DNA of 64,000 nt from Tricharina praecox (lineage: Eukaryota): the NCBI RefSeq assembly GCF_024521635.1, contig NW_026250422.1, forward strand, positions 1 through 64,000. The letters are read 5' to 3'. Within the stretch, counting starts at the first letter, position 1. Each line of letters opens with the position of its first letter. The notes under the pieces are model-generated. The model was not told the DNA's origin. It was given only the letters and a program-made list of their open reading frames with translations, and ran no database searches. Made by a program: the position numbers and the translations under genes. Of this stretch, positions 59,062 to 64,000 are shown one piece after another.

Positions 59062-60277
59062 TTAAACTGCGCATCCACCCGCCTGCTTCTTCGAGAAGCT
59101 CTTCATCGGGGACATTCCCCACCTCTTCAGCATGGCCTGGTCATCGTCCCACCCAGAACACTCCGTCGTCAACATCTTCTCTCCCGTAAAGACGGCGTTC
59201 GCACCAGCCATGAAACACAGAGCCTGCTCCTCCTCCTTCATCGTGATCCTGCCGGCCGCCAGCCTGACGATGGAACCGGGCATCACGCATCTCGCCGTCG
59301 CAACCGTTCGCAGGATATCGGTGAACGGCAGCGGGTTGTTGCCTTCCAACGGCGTGCCTTTGATCGGGACCAACGCATTGATCGGCACGGACTCGGGGTG
59401 CTCGGGCAGAGTCGACAGTGTGTAGAGCAGGCCGATGTGATCCTCGGGCTTCTCGCCCAAGCCCAGGATACCGCCGGAGCAGACACTAATTCCCGCCTCG
59501 CGGACATTATTGATAGTGGCCAACCGCTCATCGTAGGATCTCGTAGTGATGACCGTGGGATAGAACTCCCGCGAGGTGTCGACGTTGTGGTTGTACGCGG
59601 TGAGACCCGCATCCTTCAGCTCCTTGGCCTGGGCGGCATCGACCATGCCCAGGGTCACGCAGCACTCCATGCCCATGCCCCGCACGCCCTTGATCATCTC
59701 CTTGACGTTCTTGAGACTCGTCTTGCGGCCGCGCATGTCGCGCCACGCCGCTCCGAGACAGAAGCGGGTGCTGCCGTTGTCGTGCGCCTTCTGTGCGGCG
59801 GCAAGGACCGTGTCGACCGAGACCATGGGCGTAGCCTTGAGCCCGGTCTTGTGTTTCGACGACTGGGAGCAGTACGAGCAGTCCTCGCTGCAGCCGCCGG
59901 TCTTGATGTTGTGGAGGGTGCAGAGCTGGATCTTGGTGGGGTCGTGGAAGCGGCGGTGGACACTGGCCTGGAGGGGATCTCGTTCATCAGCCACGCAATG
60001 GGAATCCGTGCGGTTGGGATCCACTCACAGCCGCGAAAGCCAACTCCATCAACCCGGTGTTGTAGATCTCCTTGATCTCGTCCTTCGTCCAGTCGGTCCT
60101 AGGAGCAGTGGCATTTACCGCACGCTGCAACACCGAGCCCGAGCTGCTGCTGCTGCTCGATACCGGCGGCGGCGGTGCGTCTTTCGCAGCGATTGTCGAA
60201 TTGAGGACTGTGCTGTATTCCCTTCGCATGCACAACCGTGTGCTGCGGGAAGCGGTTGTGATCAACGAGCGGCGCAT
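59062..60277 (-). CDS. bioB: Biotin synthase (radical SAM)
   Basis: Mitochondrial presequence, one intron (approx. 60027-59968), radical-SAM motif CSEDCSYC, AYNHNVDTSRE, CSGGILGLGE, PESVPIN, CFMAGANAVFTGEKMLTT. Confidence 0.97.
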
Positions 60278-61341
60278 GTTGTTTTCTTTTCTTTCCGGTT
60301 CGTATGAGTGAGCGGGTGAAGAAGTGGATGATAGGAGTCACAGCTGTCACTACAGTAGAGTAGATGGAGGAGATAACTGCTTAGCTGTAGAGTGTGTAGG
60401 TGCCTGGACGATCAGATGTAGAGTTATGTTACATACGGTACGCTCGAGGCCGTCCCGCGGCGTATCGGTACCACAGCCACCGAATTCAGATTACCCCCCA
60501 CCCCGCAGTCCAAGGCCGTAGTTAGGATCCAGTTAAGCCATCCCACCTACATATTCGCGCACTGTGATAGGTCAGAACACCATCGCAGCGCAAAATTCTG
60601 CAGGCCGGTTATGGCCACAAGCAGCTAGAGCGGGGTACAGATGTGCATCATACTCAGCCTGCTAACTCGCCTTAGTTACCGGATAATCACTATCAAGCCG
60701 AACATTTCTCAAGCTCATCATACATATCCGGCCCAGCATTTATTTTTCGCGCGATGCATCGAATCCAACAAGTGGTTTTTTTGGCTGCCATGAGCGATGA
60801 GCTATGGAGATACCTGCCTTTCACAGGCGATTTCTGCTCGGAAGTGGACGGTGGACCTCGCGAACTCGTGAGAAAGCGGAGACAGCTGTGCGAAAATGGG
60901 ATGATGTCGGATTAAGGTATGGTACGTGCGTCAGGCTTACCGGACATCTCATACGATATGATCATACTGCCTCAGCATCATCTCAGACTATGCGGATTTC
61001 CTAAATGCCCGCCCGCATGTCGGTGCCATATGTATGACTCTTCGATTTTTCACAGTCTCCGCTCGATGTCGATCCTGGAAGGAGGGGTTTATTTTTTGTT
61101 GAGCTGTGATGATGCGGCCTGCCAGGTTCCTGCAAAGCGCACACATCCCCGTTTTTCGTTTCGGGGTATTTTTCTTATCTTTTTTCTCTTCTCAGTCATC
61201 TCGGCCTCGGCGTGGGGCCAAGGCAGCGGCGCCGGCGCCGGCTGGAGTCATGCAACTACTGCTATTATAAATCCCGGCCGCCATTAAAGGGCCATTGTTC
61301 CTCACCACGGCGGATTACTCACCTCGTCACCGAACACGAGA

Positions 61342-63909
61342 ATGAGGTTTCCAGCGCTCGACGGCTCACCGCTGTTGCGGTCACTTCGCGCCTTCCAGGT
61401 CTATGGGGCCAACACTAACGTGGGGAAGACAATCGTGTCGACGCTGCTCTGCAAGGCGCTCCTCCGCCGCGAGTCGGAGAAAAATCAGGGTGTGTGGTAT
61501 CTGAAACCGGTCTCGACCGGTGCCGGCGTGGATGCAGATGACCGGTGAGCTACCTACATACATAGCCGCGTCTGCCGCGTAGAGATGGGGGTATGTGCTT
61601 ATGATCCGCGCGATAGACATGTAACCAAGTACGCGCACGGCGTGAATGCAAAATGTCTATGGCAGTTCAAGGAGCCGATCAGCCCGCATCTGGCTGCTCC
61701 GCAGACTCCTGTAAGCTACCACGATTCCTGTCTGTATCGGCCGATTGCTCATTACATGTCCCCGTCAGCAACATTCGGACGAAGCGCTTCTGTCGCAGCT
61801 GCACAAGCATATCGCCGGCATCAAGCAGTCGGGGACGCTGGTCGTGGAGACGGCCGGCGGCGTGCATTCGCCGACGCCCTCGGGGACCTCGCAGGCGGAT
61901 TTCTACCGGCCGCTTCGGCTGCCAATAGTCCTCATCGCCGACTCGGCGCTGGGCGGAATATCCTCCTCCATCTCCGCGTTCGAATCCCTCCACATCCGCG
62001 GCTACGATGTCGAGCGAGTAGTAATCTTCTCGAACTCGACGTACCGCAACGACGGCTACCTGGGGCCATACTTCGAGCGGCACGGCGTGCCCACGACGGT
62101 GCTTCCCTCGCCGCCTTCGCAGCACGAGAGCCCCGCCGAGGACGCCTCGGCAATGTCCGAGTACTACGAGTCCACCGCCGCGAGCCTGAGCCCCGCGATC
62201 GCGGACCTCGAGTCGCGGCACGCATCCCGCATCGCAGAGCTCGAGAGCATGCCCGCGCGCGCAGCAGAGACGATATGGTACCCGTTCACGCAGCACGCCG
62301 AGATCTCGCCGGCGACCATCCAGGCGATCGACTCGGCGCACGGCGATTTCTTCCAGGTGTACTCGCCCGCCGCGAAGTCCGCGAAGTCCGCGGAGAAGCA
62401 GGAGGAGGTGCTGCGCCAGAAATTCGACGGCTCGGCATCGTGGTGGACCCAGGGGCTGGGGCACGCGAACCCCGACCTTACACTCGCCGCCGCGTATGCC
62501 GCCGGAAGGTACGGCCACGTGATGTTTCCCGGATCGATCCACGCGCCGGCACTCACGCTGGCGGAGATGTTGCTCAAGAACCTGGGGAATGAGCGCCTCG
62601 AGCGCGTGTTCTACTCCGACAATGGGAGTACCGGTGTCGAGGTGGCGCTCAAGATGGCGCTGCGCGCGAGTCGCCTGAGGTATGGATGGGGTGCTAACGA
62701 TGACCTCGGGATCCTCGGATTGAAGGGCGCATATCATGGCGACACCATCGGAGCGATGGACTGTGCCGACCCCGGTGTGTACAATGAGGAGGTGGAGTGG
62801 TATAGCGGCCGTGGTCACTGGTTCGATTTCCCCAAGGTCGCGATGAAGGATGGTGTGTGGAAGGTTACCATGCCCGAGGAGATGGGTGGGGGCGAGACGG
62901 AGTTCGCAAGCCTCAGCGAGGTGTTTGACGTGGAAGGTCGGGAGGCCGGAAGCCTCGGTGAGATGTATGCAAAGTATATCCGCGCCCGTCTCGAGCAGCT
63001 CGTCAAGTTCGAGGGCAGAAAGTTCGGTGCAGTGATGATCGAGCCGGTGGTCCTAGGCGCCGGAGGAATGCTTTTCGCGTGAGCATCCCTCGTTCCCCCG
63101 CATGCACCCTTGGCTGACTATCCAGCGACCCACTGTTTCAACGTACACTCGTGAATGTCGTGCGCTCCAGCGCCGACCTATTCCCCGCAGCGGCCTCCGA
63201 GCCCACCGGATCACCAACCTGGTCCGGCCTGCCCATCATAGTCGACGAGGTATTCACGGGGCTCTACCGTCTGGGTCGGATCACGTCGTCGTCGTTCCTC
63301 GGGATAAACGCCGACATCAGCATCCACGCGAAGCTTTTAACGGGCGGGCTGCTGCCACTGTGCGTGACTCTCTCGAGCGATAGCATCTTCCGCGACTTCC
63401 TCGATGAGAGCAAGACCAAAGCGCTTTTGCACGGGCACAGTTACACCGCGCACGCGGTCGGCTGCAACGTGGCCAAGACCAGCGTCGAGACCATGCTAGC
63501 TATGGACGCGGGAGACGCCTGGCGTGCGGCTAAAAAGGACTGGAAACGGTCCGGCGAGGAGACGGGTGCCGCTTGGAGTACGTGGCGGCATAGCTTCATC
63601 ACTGAAGTCTCCCGCTTCAGCCAGGTCGAGGGCGTGTTCGCGCTCGGATCGGTGCTGGCTATAACGCTGAAAGATAATACTACGGGTACGATACCGCCCG
63701 GCCCCCACCATGTAATCACGACATCGCAGCTGACAGATGCAGGATATACTTCTACCGCCGCCGCGGGACTGTTGAAAAAGCTGAAGGTGGAGGGTGTGGA
63801 TGCGAGAACGTTGGGGAATGTGCTGTACGTACTCGCCAGTCTGACGACGAAGGAGGAGGCGGTTAGGGGACTGGAGGAGCTTTTGGTGAGGGGGTTGGGG
63901 GAGGTGTAG
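61342..63909 (+). CDS. bioDA: Bifunctional dethiobiotin synthetase / DAPA aminotransferase
   Basis: P-loop YGANTNVGKT, YLKPVSTG, SPHLAA, VETAGGVHSP, WYPFTQH, FDGSASWWTQGLGH, YSDNGSTGVEVALKMA, YHGDTIG, DEVFTG, HAKLLTGG, LLHGHSYTAH; about four introns. Confidence 0.96.
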
Positions 63910-64000
63910 ATAGGGGGTTATCTTTCGACGCGTCATGCTCGACTCAAGAGATGTAGATAAGTAGGAGGTCATCCATCGCTATATCGTAATCGAGCGAGTC

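Noticed and set aside
59017..60075. 352-aa plus-strand ORF
   Set aside because: Antisense shadow of bioB caused by GC3-rich codon bias
60278..61341. Riboswitch or structured RNA controlling the biotin genes
   Set aside because: No recognisable aptamer or convincing structure by eye

Overview
Eukaryotic DNA from a filamentous ascomycete (Pezizomycotina; short GT-AG introns with CTRAC branch sites). The window has three parts. (1) 1-28.7 kb is a dense housekeeping block: a Pro-rich gene running off the left edge, SIP5, a small hydrophilic protein, a COX14-family gene, a UFD1-domain/Zn-finger protein, an RRM/Lys-rich putative nucleolar protein, DUF2458, UBC6, SAM50, a dead carboxylesterase, mitochondrial ribosomal mL50 and an intron-containing tRNA-Ile(AAT). 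(2) 28.7-57.5 kb is accessory and gene-poor. Beside the tRNA lies a head-to-head pair of broken genes (HeLo-like + DUF7580-type, and Zn-finger + TPR array) that looks like a decayed cell-death/allorecognition module. After it come a PTH11-like receptor, about 14 kb of relics (LINE tail, minisatellites) and an LtrA-like gene enclosed by two diverged inverted repeats of about 0.5-0.6 kb. (3) 57.6-63.9 kb is the biotin cluster bioF-bioB-bioDA. Family assignments come from motif recognition by eye, not database searches, and splice sites are manual inferences.
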